This document shows, piece after piece, positions 12,281-24,571 of a stretch of 64,000 nt of DNA. This DNA is from Thalia democratica (taxonomy: Eukaryota), in NCBI GenBank assembly GCA_965202585.1, contig OZ241826.1, positions 87,730,001 through 87,794,000 on the forward strand, in the 5' to 3' direction. Positions within the stretch are counted from its first letter, which is position 1; the number at the start of each line of letters is the position of its first letter. The position numbers and the translations under genes were made by a program. The notes below the pieces were generated by a model. It worked only from the letters and a program-made list of their open reading frames with translations. It searched no databases and had not been told where the DNA came from.

Positions 12281-14176
12281 CCATGGGAAAACGAACATTA
12301 TTGCGTATATTATCTAATTGAATTATTACGTCACAATAAAAAGTTATGCCTCGTTTAAAGCGACTTTTAAAATTCATTAGCAAATTTGGTTTGTCATGCG
12401 ATTATTGCTGTACATTTTACGGATGAATTTTTATACTTTTTTTTTAGTTTTTTTTTTACAAATTAAACTACTAAATATAGTTCTGGATAATCTAACTTTT
12501 TTGATTTTCAAACTTTAACATTATATAGCAGAGTTTTCCAAACCTTTTTTCAGAAAACTTGGTTTAAATAAATTAAAATTGCTATGCTGTCTTCCAACAA
12601 GATTGCTCAAAAAACAACTGTTAGAAACACCTTAGATTTTTTTATGGTCTTCATCATCAACTTCAGAATATTTAGTGTAAATTTAAATATTTCAAATTTT
12701 GACCTCATAGCTCCCCTGCGGCCCCTTTACTGCTCATGACCACCTAAATTTCTGTCATGGCCCCAAGGGAGCCAAACGAACGAGATGACTTATATTATAT
12801 CAACAAAATGTGGTATATATGAATAATTTTATTCTATAGATAGATTTGAACCTATTACTAACCGTAATTAACAGCTTTTTGTTACTTAGTTTTGTTGTGT
12901 TACTATAAAGCTAAACTACTTTATCATCTAATATGTCAGTAACTTTAAATTAAATTGTAATCAACATTATCTAAATTAATAAAAAGTTTTCCTTCATTAA
13001 TTGTCTTATAAGTTAAATAATAATTAATGCTACTTCAGTTTTATTAAGTGTTAAATGTTTTATAATAATTTTTAACATTGAGAAAAATAAATAGAAATTA
13101 TTTATATTACTTAAGTTTATAAAAAATGTAAAACATATTTAAATCCACTAATCTTTAAAAAAAATATATTTTTTTCAATTACTCAGTTTTTAATTCGCAA
13201 ATCAACTTAAATTCTCGAAAAAAAAATTTTAAATTCAAATAAATATTAATTCTGCTGCAAGTAAAAACAAAAAAAATATTTTTTTTTTCATGTTTTTTGG
13301 CTATTTAATTTTTAATTTGATCTGGTTTTTTAATAAAATAACTTTAAAACTTGTGAAATGAACATTTTAAGTTTTTTCTTAATAAATTTTTTAAAATACT
13401 ATTTCCTAATTTTTTTAACTAGTTTTTTTAGATTTTTGACATAGTTCTACTTAGAAAAAGTAAGTAAACAACAGTTTTTGTATTTCGGCCGGCCAATTAC
13501 TCAATATTTCAAAAACTTCTGTAGCAGATTATATATTTTTAACATCAGTAAACAATTTGTTTCACAAGTTCAATAAAAAGTTTTTATTTCAAACTGCCTT
13601 TTAAATATTAATAAAACCCTGATGTAGATAAAATACTTTACCAAAATTAGGATAAAAAAGTATTTGTTTTAAATTTCTAAACTATGATTATAATTTTTAC
13701 TAAAAAATTTATTTGCCTATGTTATAAAACTTTTTCTAATAAATATTTTTCATATTATATGTAGGCTTATTGCTTTTAATTTTAGCTTTAAATTTAATTA
13801 AATATTTTGTCTCGGAAAATTAGTAATAAGATTGAAAAATTTTATAATACAATATAGCTTATTATATTTCTATACCTCCAAATTATAAATTTTCTAAAAT
13901 TATCATTTAAATTATCATTATTTATTTATTTTTAAAGGAAAATAGTCTACAAAATCTACTTATAAAATCAAAACATAGAATAAAATACGTAAACAAATAC
14001 AATTTTGTTGCAGAAAAGACTTTAAATTCAATTAAAAAAGTAATTTTGGCTGATTGAAAGTGAAAACAGTTTGTACCAAGCGACAAACTTACGATTTACT
14101 TTCTCACGTTCTCTCGCATCTACCATGATACACGTGCTTAATATTTATAAACACATTATTTATATACTTGACGTGT

Positions 14177-14248
14177 GGTCCTATGGTGTAATGGTTAGCA
14201 CACAGGACTCTGAATCCTGTGATCCGAGTTCAAGTCTCGGTAGGACCT
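14177..14248 (+). tRNA. tRNA-Gln(CTG)
   Basis: 72 nt, all stems pair, anticodon loop CTCTGAA, T4 downstream. Confidence 0.95.
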
Positions 14249-15369
14249 ATTTTAGTTTTAAATCAGGTTACGATGTAGATTTTATTTATTTTAATAAAAA
14301 TTAATTAAAAAATCTTAGAGTTCACTACGTAAAAATAGTTACAAAACATAATTTTAGTAAAAATTTGTTTATAGATCCAATAAAGCTCATTATAAAATTA
14401 GTTAAATTATTATGATCATTGCTAACAACAAAAAAATAAATTGTATTTCTATTGAAATGAAGTCAGAAGACTAATGTGATATATGCTTTTTTTTCGATCT
14501 TATAATTTTTTTTTAAAAAACTTTATATGCATTTTTAGTAGATTAAGTGAATCTTGCTTACGCTTATAATTTGTAAAATTATCTTAGTAAATTTTTTAAT
14601 ATGTATAAGAGTTGAATATAGTATATGAACTTAAACGTGTAAAGAGAATTTTCTTGCCGACATGCTTAATAGAATTCTTAAAGTTTAATAATTTAAAAAA
14701 TAATAATATTTTAGTTGTTAGTTTCGAACAAAGTTTTTTTTTCGCACTATTATGCTTCTCGTACAAAACTTCATCATACTTTGTTTTTTCTGTTAAATAA
14801 TGTTTTTACATTCAATTATTTTCGAGTTTTAACAGCTTATAATTATATGCAAAAGCCTAAATAAAACAATTATACTGTTTTTTATTTTTCTTAAATTTTG
14901 TAATAAATTATTTAAAAGCTTTTTTAGTGGGTTCAGTGAATATTGAATTAGTTGATCAAATTTTATTTTCTGTATATAAATTAAAGAAAATTACAGAATT
15001 CAGAAAATATTCATCAACAAACTGCATCAAAAATTCGAAAACTTCAACAAATTTAAAATGTTGTGGTCAATTATTTAATGTTCATAATTTTTGTAGTTGA
15101 GTTAAAGTATTTTTTTATTTTATGCATTTATACACTTTGGACAAATTAAAAATCACGTCATTATATATATTTTTTAGTTTGTTTGTTTCTGTAGTAATAG
15201 TTTAACTACATAGTTCTACTTAAAATAAATAAAGTTTGAAGTACCATGCTCAATTAAAGTATTGTTCTTTTTTTTTTTAATTTATTCACCTTGTATAAAT
15301 ACTTAGCCAAGTATAACGTAAATATATATATATATATATATATAAAAAGGTTTATTCAAAGATGCAAAA

Positions 15370-15414
15370 TTTGAAGAACTCAAGTTTCGTGATTACTCAC
15401 TCATCAGCTTCAAA
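15370..15414 (-). ncRNA. Minimal type I hammerhead ribozyme motif (Penelope pLTR)
   Basis: TTTGAAG-CTGATGA-GTGA(GTAA)TCAC-GAAAC-TTGA-GTT-CTTCAAA: intact core, stem I TTTGAAG/CTTCAAA, stem II, very short stem III. Confidence 0.75.
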
Positions 15415-15970
15415 ACAAGTTTAAAATAAAGCACAAAACAAAATCACTAATGAAGGTAAAAAACTTTTTGCATAAATAGATTATGACGTAATTTTGAAAC
15501 TATCAAAAATCGTGCAAAACGGCCTGTGCAAAAACTAATCTACCAACAGACAATAAACTAGCGAAAATTCATATAACTTCAGTGAGTAACTACATATTAG
15601 GACAGATAATTGGAAGAGATAAAGATAAAATTAAGATGCAAATTGAAATTTAGGTTATTTTAAGATGAAATTAAAACTTGTTAAACTTTAAAAGCGACTT
15701 TTTTATATGTCTACAAGACGATACAAACTCGCTTCTTTTGTTCAAACATCTTTTGTCTTTCAGTGCATATACAACGGCTGATGCTTCTTTGAGACACAGC
15801 CTACATATCGGGCTATTGCCGTCGGCTATAGGCTGTGCTCTTTTTATAACTTCTTTATATATATATATATATATATAGAATTAAGTTATTTAACTTAATA
15901 AATTAAATTTTTCACACTGAGCCCACCTTGAGGGCTTTATTAATAAAAAGGTTTATTTAAAGATGCAAAA

Positions 15971-16014
15971 CTCAAAGAACTCGAGTTTCGTGACTATTCA
16001 CTTATCAGCTTCAA
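15971..16014 (-). ncRNA. Hammerhead motif variant (core CTGATAA)
   Basis: TTTGAAG-CTGATAA-GTGA(ATAG)TCAC-GAAACTCGAGTT-CTTTGAG. Stem III is palindromic (AACTCGAGTT); the core carries a G-to-A change. Confidence 0.6.
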
Positions 16015-16700
16015 AACAAGTTTAAAATAAACTTTTTATAACTTCCCAGGATATTTCGTAGTCAATGCCGCTGCGCTTTAAGCCACAAACATACTTCGAA
16101 AGTTCAGTGTTATTTTCATATATGCCGCCTTTAAAAGATTTTTTATGATTGGCATACCTGAATCTAAACTGAGTCGAGCACAAGCCGACATAGAACCTCG
16201 TCTCAATGCCAGAGTTAACTGTGGCCTTGTAGACGATGTTCTCTGAACGGCAATTACCCCCTTTCAAATTATATTTACAGCTACCAGCGCAGGTTCATTG
16301 ACTCTGAATTCCTGAGTTTTGATTCAATTTTTTTGATTGTGTGCCTTAATGTTATTCTCTAAATTTGCCGTACACGAATAACTTATTCGCATATTATGTT
16401 TGTTGAAAATTTTTGTTAGCGGATTTTGTTTATTGAAGTGTTTTTTGACTAGATTTATAAATTTTCTTCCAATATTAGTTTTTACAAGTTTTACTAGTTT
16501 TATAAATCTAGTCAAAAAACACTTCAATAAACAAAACCCGCTAACAAAAATTTTCAACAAACATAATATGCGAATAAGTTATTCGTGTACGGCAAATTTA
16601 GAGAATATCATTAAGGCACACAACCAAAAAATTTTAAATCAAAACTCAAAACTCAGAAATTCAAAGTCAATGCGGCTGCGCTGGTAGCTGTAAATATAAT

Positions 16701-17105
16701 TTGAAAGGGGGTAATTGCCGTTCAGAGAACATCGTCTACAAGGCCACAGTTAACTCTGGCATTGAGACGAGGTTCTATGTCGGCTTGTGCTCGACTCAGT
16801 TTAGATTCAGGTATGCCAATCATAAAAAATCGTTTAAAGGCGGCATATATGAAAATAACACTGAACTTTTGAAGTATGTTTGTGGCTTAAAGCGCAGCGG
16901 CATTGACTACGAAATATCCTGGGAAGTTATAAAAAGAGCACAGCCTATAGCCGACGGCAATAGCCCAATATGTTGGCTGTGTCTCAAAGAAGCATCAGCC
17001 GTTGTATATGCACTGAAAGACAAGAGATGTTTAAACAAAAGAAGCGAGTTTGTATCGTCTTGTAGACATATAAAAAAGTCGCTTTTAAAGTTTAACAAGT
17101 TTTAA
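16701..17105 (+). CDS. GIY-YIG endonuclease domain fragment of the Penelope-like element
   Basis: VYK...YVG motif, the conserved Arg of RFRYANH, and a C-terminal CxxC/LNKR/CRH signature. Confidence 0.85.
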   Translation: MKGGNCRSENIVYKATVNSGIETRFYVGLCSTQFRFRYANHKKSFKGGIYENNTELLKYVCGLKRSGIDYEISWEVIKRAQPIADGNSPICWLCLKEASAVVYALKDKRCLNKRSEFVSSCRHIKKSLLKFNKF

Positions 17106-17361
17106 TTTCATCTTAAAATAACCTAAATTTCAGTTTGCATCTTAATTTTATCTTTATCTCTTTCAATTATCTGTCCTAATATATAGTTACTCACTGAAGT
17201 TGTATGAATTTTTGCTAGTTTATTGTCTGTTGGTAGATTAATTTTTGCACATGCCGTTTTGCATGAATTTTGACAGTTTAAAAATTACGTCATAATCTAT
17301 TTATGCAAAAAATTTTTTACTTTCATTAGTGATTTTGTTTTGTGCTTTATTTTAAACTTGT

Positions 17362-17406
17362 TTTGAAGCTGATGAGTGAATAGTCACGAAACTCGATTTC
17401 TTTGAG
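17362..17406 (+). ncRNA. Hammerhead motif at the end of the right arm (cleavage-side triplet mutated)
   Basis: TTTGAAG-CTGATGA-GTGA(ATAG)TCAC-GAAACTCGATTT-CTTTGAG. Confidence 0.6.
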
Positions 17407-18058
17407 TTTTGCATCTTTAAATAAACCTTTATATATATATATATAAATATATATAAATGTATACGGTTTAATATAAATATATTCTAATCTTTATGTTGAG
17501 TTTATAAATTATAATTATTTTGATATAACCATCACTTCAAATTTGAAAAAATATAAATATTAATTTTTGATCAATGTACTTTTTATTAGTCAAGACAGTC
17601 TGAAAAAGCTTTAAACTTAACATTCAAATAAGTTTTAGAAATAGTTTTAATTTTTCGAAACCGTGTAAATAAATACACATTTATTATTACATAATGTGCA
17701 ACAAAATTATTTAAAGTTTGAAAAATACAAGATTAATAAAACATTTTATTTCAAAGTTTAATTTCGCACATGAATCTAAATAGTTTCTGCAAAACTTCAA
17801 GGATTTTTTTGTATTAAAGCGTTTTAATTATTTCTGCTATTAAAAAATAAATAGGAAAACATAGTTTAAAAATAAAACTTTAATAATGAACAAAAACTTA
17901 GACTAGTTACATAAAACTGTTAAGCATTTGTTACATCGACCACAAGCTACAGACAAGAAATGTTATATACTTTTCTCCTAAACACGTTAGCACGCACAAT
18001 ATATGGATGTTTACTTGTGCATAGGTATATAGATTTTAAAACTTGATATCAGATGCCT

Positions 18059-18130
18059 TCCCAGGTGGTCTAGTGGTTAGGATTCGTGGCTCTCACCCTC
18101 GCGGCCCGAGTTCGATTCCCGGCCTGGGAA
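18059..18130 (+). tRNA. tRNA-Glu(CTC), with T:T anticodon-stem and A:C T-stem mismatches
   Basis: 72 nt, anticodon loop CTCTCAC, T6 terminator. Confidence 0.85.
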
Positions 18131-20577
18131 CTTTTTTAATCAACATGTTTCAAATAGAATTCAAACTCTTTTATATGTTGAATTTAGTTAAGGTTTTAAT
18201 AGTAATTCAATTTCAAAAAAACTGCTTTAAATAAAATATCTCTACTAAGAATTTAGAGCAAACTTTGTAGTTAATGGCTTTCAAAACTGTATTGAACTAA
18301 TGCTAAACTGAGAAAATTGTAATAATTTTAAACCAAACAACGTTCTAAAAACTATCATAATAAAACTTAATTGCAACTGATTGTTTTAATAATAATTCTA
18401 AAGTCAAAAAGTTCCCAGAAAAAGTTTGTTAAGTCTTATAAATTAATTGTTTAAATTAGATATTATGAAAAATAATAATTTAAGGTTTTTAAGAATTACT
18501 TTGACATTTATGTTTCAAACATTATTACACTATAAAGTGACTGTGATTTTTTTTAGAAACAAGGTTAGCGTAACAACTGTTTCACGCAAATAATCATGTT
18601 TTACTTTAATTTAAATCTTCATATAAACTTAATTCCATTTTTATGACATTTAAAAACACCTATTAATTTTTTTAATCAATCTTAAATTATTACTTTTAAA
18701 AATTGTTATTCGACACACAATTTTGAAAAATATTTTAAATTTAATTGAAAATTTTGAAAATAAATATCTTTATTTATTTAATAATCACAATTTAGTAATA
18801 ACAATTAAATCTAAAACGTTAATAAAATTAATAATTTTTTTAAAAACTGCAAATAGTGTTTCAGATAATATTAGTAATTCTTTAGTCGTGATTAACTAAA
18901 AACTTTTGTCATAAAAGTGTCTACGATTAAATTTGAATTACATTACTCTAAGTATACAACAATTTTTGAAATGAAGCTATATTTTCATTATAAAGCATGT
19001 TACAAAAGTACAGTGCTATAATACATAAAACAACTAATTAAATTGTTAATTTGTAAACATAATTTTAGAATACACTTTATCAAAAGTAGTTTAAAAATTT
19101 TTAATTAACTTTATTATTTATTAAATTTATCCACTTTTTTCAATCAATATTTTAATAAAAGTCAAGACAACTAGTCAAAATTTTATAAACTTGACATTAA
19201 CCGACTTTGGATTAAGAAGTTAACTTTTAGTAATGAACTCAAATAAAAGCTACTTTTAACTTAAAATTTAACTTAAACACTCATGCTTATTTCAAAGTTG
19301 TACGTAAAAAAGACTTATCAACAACCAAACTTTTACATAATGACTAAATAACTTTAAACTAAAATTTTAAAGTTTTAAAATTTAAAATTAACTATAATTA
19401 ACTGAAACAAAATTGTTTAGATGCAACAAGTTTCGAGATTAATACTTAAGTCTTATTATTTCAAACATCAAAATGAAACGAACACTATCTCAATTCCTAG
19501 ATTTCTAAGGAAAATTTAAATTAAATATAAAATTTCACATTTTCTCATAAAAGTATTTTTTGCAAATTTAACTAGGTTGCTCTTATGTAGCACCATAAAC
19601 TATAATTTCTCAAAGCTAATTCACTAACCGTAGTTTTTCCTTAGACTGTGCTATTTTTGTTTTTTTTTTTAATGAAAAATTAAAATCTAAATGTTTTTTT
19701 GTGAACACTGGGACTTTTGCCAAAATATTATTTTTTTGGAACTTTTGAAAAACTATTTGACAAATATACTTCTTAAAAATTTAAACTATTATTGTTTAAT
19801 TCACGACATGTAAACATAAGATATCATTAATTTTTTTAATTAATATCATTAGTTTGTTGGTTTAAACTAAGTAGAGTTTAAAAAAAATTTATTAAAAAAC
19901 CTTAAAATGTGAATTTGTATTACGTTCGTTTTCTAAATGTACAAAGTTCCTAATAAATTTATAAACTTTATAAATATATTGTTGTTTTATATTCAGGGTT
20001 TTATTCTATTTACAACCCTTTTTTATTACACAAATTTAAAACAACTTTTTTTTTAAATTTCAACTTGAAATCTTAATATACTAAAGTAAGTTCAACTACT
20101 TTTATAAAATTTTAAAATTTGATAGGTTTATGAATATTTTCATTTCAAACATCACAATTAATGATCTGAGAAACTATCTGTTTCATCTTCTTTGAAAATA
20201 GTCATTTTACTTCTTTATAAATCAATACAGAAATAATAGCGGCCTTTTTCTTGGTTTTCTTTTAGTTCGTGTTATATAAGAAATTACTTTAAATAACTAA
20301 CAAATTAAACTGTTCTAGATTTAATTGTTTTTACTTATGTTTTGTTTAAAAAACATTTTAATGTGGGGTATTATTGACAACATTGACCATAAATTTTTTT
20401 TCGAAAAATATACTAATTTAGTGTGCATAAAAGTTTTTTAACCATAGTCCGTTTAATTTCAGCAATAAAAAGTGAGCAGTTTTAATATCTTCATAACTAT
20501 TAATGTCCTTATTAAGTAAACTAGTTTTCTACTCAAAAAATTTACCATGAAAAGCATCTTAAGGTGGCTTAAATGTT

Positions 20578-21256
20578 TTTACGGGAACAGGTCAAAATTG
20601 CACAAAGACAAAACTGTACGAGCTTACTAAGTTGCACGAGGGGACTAAAATTCACGAATACAAATTTGCATGAGTTACAATTTTGCACGGAGGATAATTT
20701 TTGCACGATACTTAAAATAGATCAGAAAAAAAAACTAAAAGATAAATTAATAAAAAAAATAAAAGGAAACAAAAAGTTACTTACCGAGGGTAAGGGTTAG
20801 GGGTAACAGTGATAGTAAAAATGAAGAGTTACTGATAAACATTATTATTAAAAACAAAAATTAACAATTAAAAATAAATTAATTAAAAAGAAAAAATCTA
20901 CTGACTGAGGGTTAGGGGTAATAGAGATAGCAAAAATTATAATAATTAAAAAAATAATAATAAAGAAAAAAAAATTAACGATCGAGAGTAAGGGTTAGGC
21001 GTAACAGTGACAGCAAAAAAAAAAGCTGAATTAAAAAAATTAAAATCAATAAAAAAAATTAAACTGTGAAAAAATGCCTCCGTACAATATTGTCTGCTTG
21101 TGCAAAAGTGTCTTAGTTGAAATGTGATCCTTCGCGCAGAAGTGTTTTCTTGCAATTTTATTCCCCTTGTGCAACAGTGTCTTCGCGCAAAATTGTCTTC
21201 GTGCAATTTTGTGCCCTCGTGCAGTTTTGTAAGCTTGTACAAATTTGACATCTACC
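20578..21256. mobile_element. MITE (~680 bp) with imperfect TIRs, TGCACGA subterminal repeats and a TAAGGGTTAGGG core
   Basis: Ends GGGAACAGGTCAAAATTGCACA and (reverse complement) GGGTAGATGTCAAATTTGTACA. No clear TSD. Confidence 0.75.
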
Positions 21257-21277
21257 CGTTAATACAGTGTAATGACT

Positions 21278-21330
21278 TCCGCCAGAGAGAGTTAAATTCT
21301 TGACCAGCGATTTATCACTGAGCAATGTTT
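21278..21330 (-). pseudogene. Internally deleted relic of the tRNA-Thr(TGT) pseudogene
   Basis: Shares ccgccagaga...gaccagcgat...cactgagc with 7351-7410. Confidence 0.55.
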
Positions 21331-22289
21331 GACTGTAACATGATATTTTAGTTATTTTACAAACTGTTTTGTTACGTAGTAATAAGAGGTATTTACATTA
21401 AAAGTTTTCTATTCAGACGATTTCTAAGTGTTAATGAAAGTAGTTTTGAAGAAAATCTGTTCAAATTTATAGTTTAAATATTTACAATTTATTTTGATAA
21501 TAAACAGAAATAAAAGCATTGCTGAGCAATGAGACAGATTTTATTTTGTTAAATATTTATTAACGGCTTCATACCATATTTGATTTAAAAAACAATAATT
21601 CGGTTTTATTTTTATTTTTTTTTTGATTTATTTTTTATTTAACTCTGTTTTGTTCATTAGTTTTTGTGTTGTATTTTTAAATGTTAAAATTAATTTTAAT
21701 CAGGTTAACTTAAGAAACAACGATCTTGAAATAAAGTATACTTCAAACTTTAAGCTGCTTCTAAAATTACGTAGATTCAATTTAAAAAATACTTATTTAA
21801 GCTTTTTCTAAAATAGCCCTATAATTTGTTGTTTTAAAATAACTTTTGCATAGTTTCCTATAATGGTATGTAATAAAATTTAAAAGAGATCATTTGTTAA
21901 AAAAGATAGGAAACAAGATAGTGATTTATTTTTTATTTAAAAACTTATACATAAAACAATTTATTTATCAAACTAACTTCAAAAACAACGATTAATGACA
22001 TTTATAAAAACAAAAAAAAAATTGTTGTTTTGACATTACCTTAAAATTAATTTTATTTTAGTGAAAAAATTAAACACATTAAAATAAACTTATGCCTCAT
22101 AAAATTAAACCATGAGTACATACTCAACCGTTTTTTCGTAAAACTTGTTAAGATTTGCTTTATTTGAGATGCAACTAAAGAGTTTTTTCATTATACTTTT
22201 ATTTTGTAAAAAAAATCATTAAAAGGTATATTAACGAACTGTAAATACATTTAAAATACGAAAAACTTAATTAACTCTTTAATAAAGTG

Positions 22290-22355
22290 CTCCTAGACGG
22301 GAGATTGAACCCTAGCTGCAATAGAAAGAAGCACAAATGCTAACCATTACGTCCC
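22290..22355 (-). pseudogene. Unassignable tRNA-derived relic
   Basis: A-box-like GTAATGGTTAGC and B-box-like GGTTCAATCTCC at tRNA spacing; stems are decayed. Confidence 0.4.
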
Positions 22356-22812
22356 TTTAAAACTAGACATAACCACTTTTTACGTTTTTAAGCCTATGCT
22401 TGTGTATACTGCTACGTACAAATACGAAAAAGTTTAGGAGAACATTGTTAAGTAAGAGTTCTATGCAAATTAACTTGTTATTATTAGACTTTCTGTGTCT
22501 CTTGTCTTTATTAATTTAAGGTTTCTTGGTAGTTAAACAAATAACAAACCCGCTAAACTGCTGAAACAAAGGCATTAATTAAGCTATTATGTTAGTTATA
22601 TTACAACACGATAATATTTAGAACAAAATTTTATACAACGTAATCTAACAAATTACTTCCAGTTTTAATTGGTTTAATTTTGTACACAAACAACTGAATA
22701 AATTTTTATCAAACGAATTAAATGTACTAAAATTTTCGTGAAAGGAAGAGTTACAATTTGAATAAAAATTGCTTCAGCTTTCAGAAAAACGTTCAATGAA
22801 ATTAATGAGTAT

Positions 22813-22846
22813 TCCTGTGATCCGAGTTCAAGTCTCTGTAGGACCT
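22813..22846 (+). pseudogene. 3' half of tRNA-Gln (duplicate, 5' half deleted)
   Basis: TCCTGTGATCCGAGTTCAAGTCTCTGTAGGACCT matches the 3' part of the gene at 14177-14248 with one T-stem-breaking change. Confidence 0.85.
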
Positions 22847-24571
22847 TATTTATTTTAAATCGTGTGTTGATGTAGATTAAGTTTATATTAAAAAATAACA
22901 ACATTTATCATAGAGTTAACTACGTAGAAATAGTTACTAAACAAAATTTAAGTTATGATTACTTTGTAGTGCCAATAAAGCTCATTATTAAATGAATTAA
23001 TTTACTTTAAGCAATACAAACAATGCAAAATAAAATTGTATTTTGATTGAAATGAAGTCAGCAAACTAATGTGATAAACATTTTGCTTCTTTCAATCTTA
23101 CAATTTTCTAATTATAAATATATTTTTACTAGAGTGCTTGAATCTTGCTCACATTTACTATTTAATAATCTGTTTAAACTATTGTAGATTTTTTATTTAA
23201 TAATAACATATAATATGTGCTTTAAATGTATAAATAGAGTTATCTTGTCGACATATTTACTAGCTTTTTTTTAAGTTTAATAGATAAAAAATAATATTTT
23301 AGATAACTGTTTGTTGCTCTATTATTTTAGTTGTTAGTTTCGAATTAAATTATTTTTTGCACTGATATGCGTCTTGTACAAAACTTCATCATATTTTGTT
23401 TTTGTTTTTACTTTTAACTTATATTTTTCACATTCAACTCTTTCCGAATTTAAACAGCTGATGATTATCTGCCTGTATGAAACAAATGTATGAAGTAAAA
23501 GCTGGTATTAAAAACTGTACTAATTTATTTTATTAGTTAATTTTTGTAATAAACTAATTAACAGCTTTTTAAGTTGGCTCAGTAAAAATTTACTTCGTTA
23601 ATCTAATTATGTGTTATGCTTGTGCTTGTAAGGGTTTTTACAAAATTTGATCAAAAGAAAAATTAAAAAAAAAATCTGTTTTATGTAATTTTTAATTAAA
23701 AATAATTTTAAAATTTTGTTATCAAATATTCTATGTTTCTAATTTTAGTTGTTAACTTAAAGCAATTTTATATTTATGCATTTCTACGCTTTTGACAAAA
23801 TTTAAAATCACTTCTTAATTTTTTTTTTAATTTGTTTGTTCCTGTCTTAATGATTTAAGTATTTAGCTTTACTTAAAGTAGCTAAAGTTTAAATCAAGAA
23901 GCTTAATTAAATATTGTTCTTTTTCTTTTTTATTTTTATATAGGTTCTGAATGAACTTTTTATAATGTTTATACGTAAACATACTTTTATTGAAAACATA
24001 TTTTTATACATTTTTATGTAAAATATTTCGAACTAAAACCATTGTATTATAAGCATTGTTTTCAATTAGAAAATATCTAAAAGTTTTTTCGATTATTGTA
24101 CTTTTTTTTTAAACCATATAATTTAAAAAAGTTTAAAACATGACATTCAATAGTTTTTAGAATGAGTTTTAATTTTTTTTTTAAGTTAGTTAAAAAATTT
24201 ATCAGTTAAGTCAATACACATTTATTTTAAAAAAATAGTACAACAAAATTTTTTAAAGTTTTAAAAAATACGCAAGAATAATTGAATATTTATTTTAAGC
24301 TTTTAACAATTTTTCACTTAAAATTAAGTAGTTTCTAAACAACTTCATGGTTGCTTTTGTATTAAAGCGTGTTAATTGTTTCTGCTACTAAAAAATAAAA
24401 AGCAAAAGATAGTTTTAAAATAAAGATTAGTTACATAAAACTGTTACATCGACGACAAGCTACAGACAATGAATGTTTTATACTTTTCTCCTAAACACTT
24501 TAGCACGCACAATATATAGGTGTTTACTTAAGCGTAAGTATATAAATTGTTAAACTTGCATTCTGTCGCCT

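Larger units (their letters stand above)
15345..17430. mobile_element. Penelope-like (GIY-YIG) retroelement 3' fragments arranged head-to-head as a ~2.1-kb palindrome, inserted in (TA)n
   Basis: Right arm 16499-17430 (+) encodes IVYKATVNSGIETRFYVGLCSTQFRFRYANHKKSF...CWLCLKE...LNKRSEFVSSCRH. The left arm is its reverse complement. (TA)n flanks both sides and the insertion is absent from the duplicate copy. Confidence 0.92.
14213..19320 (+). repeat. Copy 1 of an old tandem segmental duplication (Gln-Glu tRNA block)
   Basis: Colinear similarity (about 75-80% by eye) to 22813-26310. The offset is 8600 bp at tRNA-Gln and 6513 bp at tRNA-Glu; the 2087-bp difference matches the Penelope insertion. 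Confidence 0.85.

Noticed and set aside
20780-21010. TAAGGGTTAGGG motifs as interstitial telomere
   Set aside because: They are never more than about two units and are always embedded in the same MITE core.
20573-21251. ORFs inside MITEs (20573-20800, 20946-21251, 51447-51805, 52698-52925, 42697-42963, 44003-44200, 63247-63441)
   Set aside because: They are low-complexity translations of non-autonomous repeats with no transposase motifs.
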